From the NCBI GenBank assembly GCA_000165425.1, contig CT868407.1:62001-126000 (forward strand): a stretch of 64,000 bases of DNA, given 5' to 3'. The DNA is from Paramecium tetraurelia. Lineage: Eukaryota. The notes under the pieces are model-generated. The model was not told the DNA's origin. It ran no database searches and saw only the letters and a program-made list of their open reading frames with translations. The position numbers and the translations under genes are program-made. Of this stretch, positions 47,558-61,095 are shown one piece after another (position 1 is the stretch's first letter; the number at the start of each line of letters is the position of its first letter).

Positions 47558-48428
47558 TCACTTGTATAAATTCCTTTTATTTATCTCTGGCATCTTTTCT
47601 GCTGCTTTTTTTCTCTACTGCTAATACGATATGATCATTGGCCCCTGATTCGTAAAATTGAATTGTGGATCAACCAGGTTGCTTTTTACAGACGAACTCA
47701 CTCTGGTTGAGTTCTGGATCACTTGATATTGTTTAGCATAGTTCACTTTTGCAGATTGATAAAGTTGTCTCTATTTTTGATTTTGCTTCTGAGGAGTCAA
47801 AAAATTCGTCTTATTACCCACACTTTTCAACTTCTATTCCAAATTGCCTAACTGCTCCACTTTCTCTTTCTAGCTCTCCTATTGGAACTTTTAAATTTGC
47901 TTAGTTGGTGTATCCAAACTCACTTAGGCTTTGCTTTATTTTAAATCTTTTTCATAATTTCTCAATTATCTTTAAAATCCGTAATTTGGAAAGACAACAC
48001 TTCTCCTCTTTCTAACAAACTCGAATGCCTCCTAAAACAACCACCCTCTAGTTTTCATAATAAATGCTATCACAACAGATGCCGATCTTGAAACTCCTGC
48101 AGCACAATGAACCAAAACTCCCCCTCTCTTCAGACCCTCTGTTATTTATTGACTTGTTTCTGGGAACAATCTCGCTATATTTGACGATTCAATATCCAAA
48201 ATATGATACACCTTACAAAATTCATTTTTAATTTACTTTATGAACCATCCCTCCTTCAGAATATGACACATTCAACCCTGATGCCACTGTCAAAACAGTC
48301 TTTATCCCCTTACCATCCAATAAACTTCTATCATAGGCAGCAGTGCAATCTCCTAACCACAAAATGTTCCCACTCTCCTCCAGTATCTGGTTCATTGATT
48401 GATACATCGGATCAAACATTCTAAACAT
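47558..48428 (-). CDS. Dual-specificity protein phosphatase
   Basis: LWLGD, VLVHCAAGVSRSASVVIAFIM, PNYGFQRQL; one tiny intron. Confidence 0.94.
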
Positions 48429-48549
48429 AATTTATAATTAAAATAATCAATCATTCATTTCTAATTAGTTAGTTTCATTTATTAAATAGAAAATTTCTCA
48501 AACTAAACCTATTTTATACTTGATTTTATTTTTAACAGAAATTTATTAC
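48429..48549. promoter_or_regulatory. Divergent promoter region shared by the DUSP and pseudokinase genes
   Basis: 121-nt AT-rich spacer between head-to-head ATGs. Confidence 0.5.
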
Positions 48550-49770
48550 ATGTACCCAGAATACTGTGTTGCCCAAAGATAACAACCCTATCCCTTACAC
48601 AAAATTACCCAATCCTACAATCCAGTCGTGCAAAACGAACCTAGACCCAGATAACCTAATGAAAATCCCAAGGATTACATGATAACCGCGTACACCGCCA
48701 TTAATCACGTTATTGATATCTCTCCCACCTCCTCCATCTATAGATTGGATCCTTTTGCCAAGTATTTGTGTTGTTGGATCAATACTGTGGGACCTGAAGA
48801 AGTAAGCGCTATCCAAGAAAGAACCAAATGGAAACACCCAAATCTAGTCTCTTTCCTCTTCTTTGAAGAATAGAGCGACAAATTCAGCCAAAACAGACAA
48901 CTCAAAATCTTCTACGAATATCTTCCCTTAGACATCAAATAGTTGATTGATAAAAGATCAAAAACACAAGAATATGTCCCTGAAGAAGAAATATGGAAGA
49001 TGATTTCGGGATTATGCGAGGCCTTCGTATTTCTCCAAAAAAGGGGCATCACCCACTCTGCCTTGACCTTGGAATCAGTTTACTTCGACGAAGAATATTT
49101 ACTTTACCGAATTCAAGATGTCAGCCCTTTCAGAGCCAGAGCACCCCACCTCTTTGAGAATTAATACAAATCTCCAGAATCAGGAGGTAATCTTAGAGCC
49201 AATAGATTCAAGCAAGATGTTTTTGGATTAGGGTAAATCATTATTTCTATATCCATTAGTATGATCATATTATCACTCTGTCTACTAAAAAATTGTGATT
49301 ACATCTTTGAAACTGGAGTGCTTAGTGTTGTCCATCTCAACGATTGTTTCGACTAGTTGAAATAGCTGTATCCTGGAAGAGTAGATTCAATACTCAAAAA
49401 GATGCTGTTCATTGATTTCAATTAAAGACCAGATTGGTTAGAGATCTAGTAGTTATTAGTCAATCTCAAAGATATTCAGTTTACTAACTTTGATCTTGGT
49501 TTGACTAATAAATCATCAATTTTAAATTCATCATTTTAGTTACAACACTAACAATAGTAATAAGCTTAAAAAACATTTGACTAATTAACATTAAGCTAAG
49601 AAAATAGAGAGACTACTACTAATAGTAGTAATAAATTAACAAGTTCTACCAATAACAATAATGCTACAATTAAGACAACTAGTACAGATTCTGTTGATTA
49701 AAAACTCATTAATTTAAATAAAAGAATCCAAGAAACATTGTCAAAAAGCTTAAATAAAAATATTAGATGA
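48550..49770 (+). CDS. Protein kinase-like protein, predicted pseudokinase
   Basis: HPNLV, FYEY, EEEIW, ITHSAL (no HRD), YKSPE, DVFGLGMI, QRPD kinase-fold landmarks. Confidence 0.8.
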
Positions 49771-50689
49771 TTTATATTATATTGCTTTATTAAGATATGT
49801 GTTATCCCAATTACTAGATTTCTTTTGAATCTTAAAATGTTAATTTCAAATATAAAACAACTAATTACACAAATGAATTATTTTAACAGAATCATCAATC
49901 TCAATTTTTTTATCAGAATAACTTAATCAAAAAATTAAGTATTTGTATTCTTTTTCTAACTTTGTAAATATCATCTCAACTATTGGTGGTTTATCAATAA
50001 GATTATTTAACTTTGAAATTTAAGTACCTATTTTCACGCTATATATCCTATAAGAAACATGGGATTCATCAATATTCTTCAATTAAATTACTCAAATCAT
50101 ACGAATATTAAAATTATGGAAGATAATCAGAAATTTAAGAATAGATCTCCCTATTCGTATAGATTTTGATTCATCACTTATTCAAAATTTTTCTCATAAT
50201 AAAATGTGTATTTTATTGGTATGTTACTATTATTTTTAACTTATTTAATAATAGATTTATAATTGTTACTTTAATCGACTTTAAATAGTTAACTTTTGTT
50301 TATTATTTATAATTAATATAAGTGATAATATATGAAAATTGATCTTTGATGATCAAAAAGATTTAAATGGTTAGTGATTTGAAGCAACATAATATGCAAG
50401 CATTAAGAAAAGTAGAACTTTAATTAACGAACTCTTATTTGTACAATAGTATATTTACTGAATTATAATTAAATTTATAGATTATTTATACGAACATTTA
50501 AATATCTATCCCTTTATTATCTGTAATACAATTATTAAAATTAATAAATAAATCTTTCATGATTACACTCTTAAGAATAAATGATTATCAAAGAAATGTG
50601 ATAAGTGTATTAGAATAATTTTGCCATGTCATTTTATCTTGTGAATTTTTTATTTTTCAATATATTATAATTTCTAATTACTATATTTG

Positions 50690-51185
50690 ATGGCATATTT
50701 CTAGGCTGAAAATAAAAATGGCCCAAATTACATGTAACCACAAGTTGTGTACTAATAAAACCCTGGATAATCTCCTTAATAAGTTGTTTACCCTCCTCCT
50801 TATTAAGGAGGCTATCTATAATAACAAGGAGGCAATCAATAATATCAAGGATATCCTCCAAATTACTAGTAGGGTGGCTATTAACCGTAACCAGGTGTTT
50901 AGTAATAAATGCAAATGTTAGTTATTGTTTTCCTAATTTAGGATTGTTTAACCAGGGGTAATAATAGCAAATGGAAATACTTGTATATTTTGTGGACGTC
51001 AATATTCACTAATATCAACAAGAAAAGTAGGAGGATAAACTGTGATAGCATTTCTATTACTTTTATTTATTTTTTGGCCTTTATGTTGGCTACCTTTCAT
51101 TATCGATGATTGTAAAGACAAGCACTATCATTGTTCTTAATGTGGGTCATTAATATACAAAAAAGAATATACATTATGCAATTGA
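50690..51185 (+). CDS. LITAF-like zinc-ribbon protein with Q/P/G/Y-rich N-terminus and PPxY motif
   Basis: VVYPPPYQGG..., TCIFC...FWPLCWLPF..DCKDKHYHCSQCG; one intron. Confidence 0.88.
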
Positions 51186-51391
51186 ATTATTATTATATTA
51201 GATATATCAATTTAATTTAAAAAATAATAGATATTGAATCTATATGAAATGGGAATTATAAAATTTTAAAAATTGTTAAAAGAATGATTTCTTACATAAT
51301 AAAGTCAATAAGTCAGTTTACTTATAGATTGATGAATAAAAATTTAAAGAATTAATAATTACTATAATAATAAATTTATTTATATAAAGGA

Positions 51392-51817
51392 TCAAAGTCC
51401 TAATTCTTTAAATTAGGATTTGGTCTTGAGTACTCATTGGTTAAGAAATATCTAATATTCTCTGATAAGATGACCCTGGGAAAATAGTTTTTGGCCAATC
51501 CACAAGAGACATTCATTCTAACACATAATTAGAAATAATTTCTAGCATCTAAGCATTCTGGTACATAAGACTCCACAAACAGACCGTATAGATTCTTGCA
51601 ATGTTGAGCCATTCTATCATAAAGATGGCAAGTCAATAATTAATTCAATACTATAGAGAAATTATTTTATATTCAACAAACTTAAATTTGAGATTATCTA
51701 ATGAGTTTACTTGATTCTTTGTTAATGTTTATAGATTAATCTTGTTTCTAAACATTGAATCTATTAATAAAGGTAATATGATACCCTCTCCTCTCAAACT
51801 TCATTATAAATTGGCAT
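51392..51817 (-). pseudogene. Decayed gene for a small twin-CX9C mitochondrial protein (respiratory-chain accessory subunit-like, NDUS5/NDUB7 type)
   Basis: ATG CCA ATT TAT AAT GAA GTT TGA (premature stop at codon 8), frame shifts, lost 5' splice site; retained CHLYDRMAQHC and CLDARNYFQLC. Confidence 0.7.
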
Positions 51818-52505
51818 TTTAGCTATCTTGGTTATTTATATTAATAATATTAAAAATAGAGTAATTTATTATATACAAATTTTTGATAATTTTATTTTTA
51901 TAGAGGGTTAAAAGTGTTATTATAATTCAATCATCCAATATATTTGAATTGTTGGATAAATAACCCAATATATTTCTATGAATTTAATTACCAAAAAAAT
52001 CTATCTGGGTAAAATTATACTTAATATTCTTACTAATAAATCTTCCTATCATATTATCTTTAAATTATGACTAATTATACATAGATTTCAACTTAGGTTG
52101 TGAAAGTTATTTTAGAATCAACTTAATTTGGAGTGATTGAATTAATCAACAATTCTTAGCAATAATATCTAAAAACAAAGATCTAAATATTACTAATATT
52201 TTGTCATTCGGATTCAGAATAAAATACCCAAAGGCAATGAGTAAATAATCTCTTTGATAGTAAGTTCATTGATTTCTGAAAAATAAATGAGCTTATTAAG
52301 CAAAAGGATGTATAATCAATTGACTATTTAATTACCTTGATATTTGTAGTAATTGTTGTTAAATTAGGAATTGGAGTATCATTTATATCCAATCCATGAG
52401 CTCAAATTGAAGGTATGTTTTGATTGTTTTATTCACTAATATATTTTATTAATATGCCTCATATTCATTTTTAAATCTAATTTTTAAAAAAATCCAAAGA
52501 TTTTA

Positions 52506-53483
52506 ATGAAGGTAACTATTGAAACTATTTTATTTAGTTTAACATTTCTTATCCCTTGACAGGAGCTTAAAAGACAGTGGAAATTGACGATGACAAGAAA
52601 TGGTAAGAACATTTTATATATAATTTTTAGCTCAATCTTTTTTGATAAGAGAATGGGTCAAGTTGTTGAAGCTGACAATTTGGGTGAAGAATACAAAGGC
52701 TATGTGTTGAAAATCACTGGTGGTAATGACAAATAAGGATTTCCAATGAGACAAGGTGTCTTATTCAAGGGCAGAGTGAGAATCCTCATGAGAAAGGGTC
52801 ACAAAGGTTACAGACCAAGAAAAGATGGTGAAATGAAGAGAAAATCAATTAGAGGATGCATTGTGGGTTAAGACATTAGAGTCCTTGCCTTATAAGTTGT
52901 TAAAAAGGGAGCAAACGAAATTGCTGGACTTACAGATCAAAATGTCCCAAGAAGATTGGGTCCAAAGAGATTAACTAAATTGAGAAGATTATTTGGATTC
53001 AAAAAGGCTGACGGTGTTGCTATAGTTTAAAAGAATCTCATCAGAAGAACCTGGACCACAAAGGATGGAAAGAAGAGATAAAAGGCTCCAAAGATCTAAA
53101 GACTTGTTACTGAATCAAGATTGAGAAGAAAGACCATTCAAAAGAAGACTGAGTAAGCAAGAAGAACCAAAGCAAAGCAAGCTTTGGAAGCTTATAAAAA
53201 GTTGGCTCATGATGTTCATGAGGCTCACAAGAAACACAGAAAAGCCTCATCTGAAATCAAAGAATAGACTAAAACAGCCGCAGTATAATATTTAATCCAT
53301 ATTGATTAGCAACCAAAATAAACTAAATAAGCTGCTCCAGTTAAACAAGTTGCTCCAGCCAAAGATGCCAAGAAAGCACCAGTTTAAGCACCTGCTAAGA
53401 CTGTTCCAGCCAAAACTGCCCCAGCAAAAACTGCTCCATAACCAACTCAAAAAGCTCAACCTAAAGCCCAAGCCAAGAAATGA
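52506..53483 (+). CDS. RPS6: 40S ribosomal protein S6 (eS6) with Ala/Pro/Lys-rich C-terminal extension
   Basis: [58 protein letters not shown]; three introns. Confidence 0.97.
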
Positions 53484-53558
53484 GGTTATTATAAATGTTG
53501 TTTAAGTACATTATATATAAATAGTGACATTACTTATTAGATATTAAATATTTTTAAA

Positions 53559-54622
53559 ATGAAGGCTCTTTTTTGTTTAGGAGTTGGAATGTTGATCACC
53601 CAAAAGGACAACACTGTACATGCCTGGCTTTATAGAGATGATATTGGTGCCTTTTGGGGTATCAAGGGTTATGAAGAACAAGTCACAGAAGTAGGTACTC
53701 ATAGAGGACATATGTCATGGCCATAATACAGATTTTTGGGTACATTTGACTCTGCAAGTGTAAGAAGAGGGTATGAAGCATAGTGATTCTTTAGGTTTCT
53801 TGTTTTCTCTAGAAACTGTGCCAATTGCCATGGAATAGTGTATAAGAAATATGATGTTTTATTGGATAAAGTCTATAAGCAATTAGAATTGGCAGCCTTG
53901 GTCAGCAATTTCACTATTCATCCTGCTCATCATCATTTCAAGCAATTTTACTACTAAGAATGGGACGAAAGAGATAGATATATTCACGACAGTACTCATT
54001 CTCTTAATAATCATTATTTTAGGAATCTACCCTCCTTACTTTTCTTAAGATCAAGCTAAAAATGCCAATGGTGGAGTTTGGCCAACAGATTTCTCAAAAA
54101 TCAGACTCAGACCAGGAGGTGTCAATTACATCTACAACATTTTGACTGGTTACCATTACAAGCCTTATTAAGGATTGGATGTTCCTAAAGGAAAAGCATA
54201 CAATCCTTATTTTGATCACATGATTATTGGTATGGTTAGATAATTGCACGATGGTATTGAATATAATTCGATTTGAATAGGTCTTGTCGATTACGAAGAT
54301 GGCACACCTGCATCTACTCCTTAAATGGCTTTTGATGTTACAAATTTCATTCAATTTGTGTAAAGAAGAAGCGGTTTCCAAAGACCAGACAAGACTGTAA
54401 GATATTATATGTTCTTGACTGGAATTGCATTGATCTATCCTTTTGCTTACTTGAAGACCAGAGGATTTTATAGAAATAATCTCTCTCTTAGGTATTTTAT
54501 AAAATCTATGAAATTTCAGATGGGAAATGTATGCAGTCAGAGATGGTGTGTATTACAATCACTTTAAAAAAGGATGGAAGAACTCCAGAGCTATATAATT
54601 TAGAGGTCAAGTCTGGGCTTGA
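53559..54622 (+). CDS. CYC1: Cytochrome c1, mitochondrial complex III
   Basis: FDSASVRRG, heme motif CANCH, NPYF, GM ligand, VDYEDGTPASTPQMAFDV, C-terminal TM helix; four introns. Confidence 0.96.
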
Positions 54623-54727
54623 TGTTATATAAAATATTAAAAATAATAAATATAATTTATTTATATCATTATTTCTGTATTTATAGAAAATTCAAATAAT
54701 ATTTAATACATAAACATAAATTCAAAT

Positions 54728-56179
54728 ATGCAATCTCTATTTGTAAAGTGGCTAGAAAATGTCAACAAAGACCAGCTACAATCAAATGTTCCTAATGTCG
54801 TTATGGTTAAACTTACCGACTCTGTTATTCCTGTGATTCATAAATTCACAATCGCACAGGGCCCCATTGACTAATAACACAAAACAGAAATCATTCCCTA
54901 TCAAGGTACATCTATTTGATTAAGATAGAAATGTATCAAAAGAATTAGAACTTTGTTCCAGCTCCCTCTAAATTCGAACAATCAAATTAAATTAAAAAGA
55001 ATGACTTTAAAGCTCAACCACCAACCAAGGATTATTTATCTAGTGAAACAAGGAAACCTGATTATTCTAAAACTATTGATGTTAATAGGAAACCAGAATA
55101 TCCAGAAAAGAAACATGATTATCTAGATAAAAAACTTGATAGCCATGACAAAAGATATGATTAGCAATACTCAGGTTTTGATAAAAAATAGTACACATCC
55201 AATCAAAAGCCTTAAGAGATTGATAGACCTAGTTAATCAGTTATGAATCAATTAAAAGATGAATAACAATAAACAGAGAGACTAAGAGCTGAGTTGAATA
55301 TGGCAAAAGATAGAGAAAAGGACTTTTAAAAGCGTTTGTAAAACTAAATTCTTAATTTAAATTAGGTCTAAGTTAGAATAGGATTACGAATCAAAACATA
55401 GAGAAGATAAACAAAAAATCTAATAATTATAAGATGAAAATAAAAACTTAAATTAAAAACTCAATTAAGCTAATAGGCATTTGCAAGATGAAATCAATAA
55501 GGTGAGACAATAGTACGAATCCTAACTGAACGAACTTGAACAAGCTTACAATGAGAAAGAATAACAGTTGGAATAGATAACACAAGAATTTAATTTAGTA
55601 ACGAATCATATTATAATTTATTAGGAAGATATATAAAAAAAAATCGAAGAACTACAATAAGAGTCAGATATGAAAGATCAAATTATTGAATAATACTAAT
55701 AGTAGCTTCAAGATATGTAAGAAGCAATTCAATAAATTCAAGAGGAGTAAGCAAACAATAGTAGAAATACAAGAAATCAATTCTCATCTAATAAGAAATT
55801 ATCAAAGAGTTAAGATAACGATAAGGATCAAATGATTTAGTAATTATCACAATAGCTTGAAGCAAAAGATGAGGATTGTAGAAGATTAGAGGGTATTTAA
55901 AATAAATATCTTTAATATTAGACTTGATAGAAAATTTTAAGCCCTTATATTAAAATTTAAGTGACGAAAAATAACAATTATAAGAGGAAGTTGAGAAACT
56001 AGCGAATGAAAACAATCAATTTAGAGAAATCTTTAGTGTATTATATTACAAAAATTTAGTAAAACTTACACTTATTTGGAATTGACCCTGAGTAATTGAA
56101 TGAAGAAGGTGAGGAAGGAGAAGGAGAAGGCGAGTATCCTGAAGAAATTGCTGAGGAAAATGATGATCAAAATGATTGA
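54728..56179 (+). CDS. B-box-type zinc finger + coiled-coil protein with acidic tail (B-box lies in an alternative frame in this sequence)
   Basis: CQQRPATIKCSQC...CYSCDSQIH in the +2 frame, then Q/E-rich coiled-coil and EEGEEGEGEGE tail. Confidence 0.75.
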
Positions 56180-56374
56180 ACAATTTTACCTATATCATTT
56201 TCAAAACGATTTTATTATTAACTGATAATAATTATTTGATAATCAAAGATTTGGCTATCAATAAATATATTTAGACTCTAAAAATAATTTATTCTAATTC
56301 TTTAGTTATTTATTATAAAATTTAGTCATAATTTTTATTAATATTTTCACTTATAAATTAAAATAGCAAATTTA

Positions 56375-56857
56375 ATGGAAATTGATGTGAGCTTTGTTTC
56401 AAAGTTAGCCACTTTGCTGAACTTTATCTTGATTCTCATTTTTTGTATTTGGTCCACCATTTATTGTATAGAATAGGATATTTATAAAATAAACTCTATT
56501 ATGACAAACATTAATTTAATGTACTATTTTTGTATAATGGATTAGGCTTATGAATTTTTTGCTATTGCTGGGCGAAACAAAAAGGTTAGATATGGTGGAA
56601 AAATTTTACTTTGCCTGCAATCAATTTGGAAGAGGTCTATTCTGCTTATTGTATGGAATATTAATTTTTTAGTCTAGCGTTATGGTTATATGCGGAAAAT
56701 AATAAAACTGCAAGACATATGTCCTTACATGATTATGGTTTATCTGTTGCAATCTGCACAACGATAATTGGAATATTGTATGTCATATAGCATTTTTTAG
56801 TATTTATACAATCTAGTTATTTAGTTTGATAAAAGACAATTCTTAATTACAACTTGA
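56375..56857 (+). CDS. Small multi-pass membrane protein, COPI-associated/TVP15-like
   Basis: Hydrophobic segments with LLLLGE and FGRGLF motifs; several tiny introns. Confidence 0.6.
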
Positions 56858-56890
56858 TTATATATTTAACAAAATATAATATTAAAAGAG

Positions 56891-59800
56891 TCATTAAAAT
56901 TTACTGAGATTATAATCTATCTTAAGCATTTCTAAAAATCTACCAATAAATTTCTTTAGATCTTAATTACTCATTCCCTTAGCAGAATCTTCGATTTTTT
57001 CTATATGATAATTTAATTATTTTACATGTGTAATTTACTAAAGGTTGGAGTTGATTGTCATTTACGTTCTTAAAATACATTTCCAAAGCATTTGTCATAT
57101 TTTTACAAGAGGCTATCCACTAATCCATTTGTCCACCACCCATTTGAGTCTGAATTTCATCTGGATTCTATAGCTTTTTTAACCTTTTCATAGATTTCAA
57201 TCTTTCATCCTTTGAAATAGTTTAGGTGGCCTTAACAAATTAAGACATTCTTGATAATGGTTGTTCTGCCTTTTTGTTTTTTTCAAAAAATGCTTGTAAT
57301 GCTTTTCTAGTGGCTTCTTTGGAATTTTCAGGTGTTAATAAATATGTTAATTCATTTTAGAATTCTTAGAAGCTTTGCACTTTATTTCCCTTAGTTTAAT
57401 AGGTTTATCCAAACTCTGAAAGCATTTTCATAACTTCAGTATTGACATCTCTTTAATAAGTTTCAACAACTTTTTTTAAAGTCTAATAAATTTTGGTACA
57501 AGGAACTCTTAGAATTGGAAACTTTCCAATTTTTTCAATAGCTACATCTATTTTTGCCAGAGCCTCCGTATAGATTAATTTTCTATCAGATGGTTTTCCT
57601 TCAAAAAATGTTAACCATCTATACACAGTTTAAAAGAATTCCTCACTTAGTAAGTTGATTTAGTCCTAAAACAACATGAAACCATCATATATTTCAACAA
57701 ATGCTGTGATAATTTAGATCATATTCGTGAGCATTTCGATCAAATTAACCTAAATTTCTTAGGTAGTTAAAACAATAGGTTCTATTGATGGGTGTAATTT
57801 CACTCCTGATTAAATCTTTTTCACTTCTCCATAAGTTTCCTATTGTTGTTTCAATTATTTGTTTAATCCTTCTAAAATGAAGGAAGAATTAGCCAAGGAG
57901 AGCATATTTTCAATTTTCTATTGCAATTCAGTTAAGGCATCTAGAAAATCAATGGAACTATAATAAATTGAAGTAATAGTCTTATCGAACATAAGAATAG
58001 TTTGATTTAAGGAGTCAAATTCCTTCAATTTCTATTCTAACTTATTCTTGTAGATTGGAAGACTGTTTAGAGATAATTTTTCTTTATACCTATAAAATTG
58101 AATTAAATAATATATTACATCAAGAATTAATTATGAGCTGCTTCTGCTTTATCTTTCAAAATTTAGATTTATGAATCAAAGCCTAAACTCATTCTAAATT
58201 GTTCAAGAGACATTGTTTTTTTTGTTTTTTCTTAGCCAACTGCTTCAACTCCTAATTCATAAATCTTTCCTAATTTGTTTTCTCCTTTTTGAAAGAATGA
58301 ATCTGTTTCAACAAGCACAGTTTCTGCTTCAGAGAACTTTTAATCAAGTTCAGCAGCCTTAGATGAATCCTCAAATTACTCTTTAATCATTCCAATGTAC
58401 TATGGCATGGCTCTCAAAATTGCATCCTTCTATTAAGTTAATGTGCATGTCTTAATTTTTAGAAAGTTATTCACATTGTTGGTTAAGGAATTTATTAATG
58501 AATCGATTGATACTGATCCTGGCTTCTTTGAATTAGCTATTAATAATCTACTATATTCATCCTAACTTTCTTTAAATAATTATAATAACTGAAGGCCATC
58601 TTTTAGATGTACTTTAAAATAAACACTGGTTTAAACATTCTAATTCATTTCAAAATATATCATGTGGTCTCTAATTTTCTTGATAATACCATCAAGAGTA
58701 AATTTTTATGGATCTACACTAATGATGGTAGATATAATATCATAGAACATTTGTGAGGTCATCAAATACCTTGTTGCATTGATGTGTTCCCAAATTTGAT
58801 ATTTAAAGCAATAATCATTGAGTGATGTATATTGAGTGCTTATTTCCTGTATTATTTGTTTTTTAATCAATATACTCTCTCTGGCTTTGGACAGTCTTTC
58901 AAGAACCTTAGAGCATTATTCTAATAAATTCATTTATGCATTTGGTGTAGCAAGTGGTAATTGCAAAGGCGTTCTTTAAGGAGTTTGCTTGGCTTCGTCA
59001 TCCAATAAATATTTATTCGTAATTTCTAAGACAGCATTGTGGATTTCTGATGGCAATTTCAATTTAGAATCATAATAGTTAAGCGGAATTTCTTAATCAA
59101 TCAATTTTTGAATTTAGGCAATTAATTTCTTACTCTTTTCAATTAATTGTAAACCCTCAGCTTCACTGATTTAGTTCTCCAATATATCAATGGAATGCAA
59201 TTTGCTATTCAATATTCTTAGCAAAGTCAACCCAGATCCGATTTCGCAATCTATCCAATCTTTAATGCGTATAAATCCATATGGAAGACCTTCCACTTCA
59301 CTAGGAAACATGTTTTGAAACTTAAACAATATGTCCATATCTTGTCTAATTTAACTCGATCATTTCTTACTTCAATTCAACTACTTTATCTCTGAATACT
59401 TCTTAATCATCAGTCTCTAGAGTTTGCTTTTAGATTTTCATCTTATTCAATTGAACCTGCTTTAGTTGTTATTCGAAATTGGGAAATTGAACATAAGTGT
59501 CATACACATTTTACAGATTTTAGATTTTATAAAATAAGTCTTCGATTTACAGTTGAGCATGAAAGAGTCTAATTTATAAGAATTGTTACAATTTAATTTA
59601 TTAAAGAATGAAGAGTGGTCTTTTTTTGAGAATTTCATAATTAAATTTATTTGGATTTCTGATTATCTGGTTCCTATAAGTGGCATATTGATTTAAGATA
59701 TAGATTTAATCTAGTTGTTCCACTTCTTCTTTTGTCATGATCTCCTGCATCAGAGTTTTCATAATGAAATACTTCTTCTCTGTCATTTTTATTAGGTACT

Positions 59801-61095
59801 ATTGATTATTATTTAAATATTACTTTCTAAATATCTTGAAGGATAAAATCATTCTTTTATCGAAATTCTAAATATGGCAACACAATGAGATTCAATTTAT
59901 TGTTACTTATATCCAATTTGTTGTATAATTTCGGCATCTTCAGTTTGGCAAAATCATACAAAATTTACACAGCATCAACACCTTGATTGAATTGAATTAC
60001 AAATTAAGAGCAACTCGTACATTATTCTTCTTGTACTTCCAATTATTTACACATAATTTAACAAGTATAAAATGAAGCATATTTAAGTTATTAAAATTCA
60101 ATGCTTTATGATTGTGGCAATTTCAGGATAAAATCAACCATATTCTACATTGAAACTGCTGGAACTTTTTCATTTTGAATTTCAGTAAGTTAAATAAGTT
60201 CATTGATCTTATTTAGATTCTGATTCATTATTTATTGCAACACAGTTAATCTATCCAATATTTTATTATATGACTTATCAATAACTATTTACTTAACCTA
60301 AGAGACTACTGAATATTTTGATAGTTCTTTAACAACCTAATCAAATTAGGAAGTATTCTCTTTAATTTGCTACAAAATGGCTTAAACTTGATCAGATAAT
60401 TTAATAGAAATTCTCTTATAATTGTCCTATGATTAAGGTAGTGTTTCGAGTGCAACAGGCAGAACTCTCCCTTATTGTTATTCTAGTTTGATTGACTTTT
60501 GAGGCAAGTACAATAACTTCTATCGATAAATCATATTAACGGCAGCGTTTCCAAACTTTCCGATTTCTGTTTCTTAATAATTGACCTCTTTTCTTGTGTT
60601 TCTATCATCCGAATCCTTGACATTCAAGACAATATTAAAATTTTATCTTTGAGCTTTGAGATGGTAAACACTAATTTAATAGGGCGTGACTTCCTCTTAT
60701 TCTTAACTTGCAGCAGTGTCTTATTCATCTTTAATGTCAGCATCTTTAATTTAAACGGGATAGAGATCAACAATTTAAAAGTTTTGAGAAACGACTGCAC
60801 TTTATTATTAATATTATTCTTTGGTCATTCCATCAGGCACAAGAAAAGTGGCTAAATTAACATCCTCATTTCTTTTATTTGATTGCTGACTCATGTCAAC
60901 TGGTTTAATGGAGACTTTTTATGATGCTGGCATTGCTGCATAATTAGCCATATTAGGTTATACAAATCTAGATTTTGGTTTCTAGTCCGAGCCCAATTAA
61001 CCAGACATGTTGGGATTCTGCACTGGATTGGCAAATGTTTTAGGTTGTATTCCGACCTTTATGCTGCTTTTGGAGGATTATTTACCTTGGTCCAT
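56891..61095 (-). CDS. Large (~1350 aa) hypothetical alpha-helical protein
   Basis: Long code-6 open frame with a few 21-26 nt introns; no recognisable motif; only partly checked. Confidence 0.7.

Noticed and set aside
33084..51185. Two LITAF genes as a local duplication
   Set aside because: They are 17 kb apart on opposite strands, with different intron structure and highly divergent sequence.
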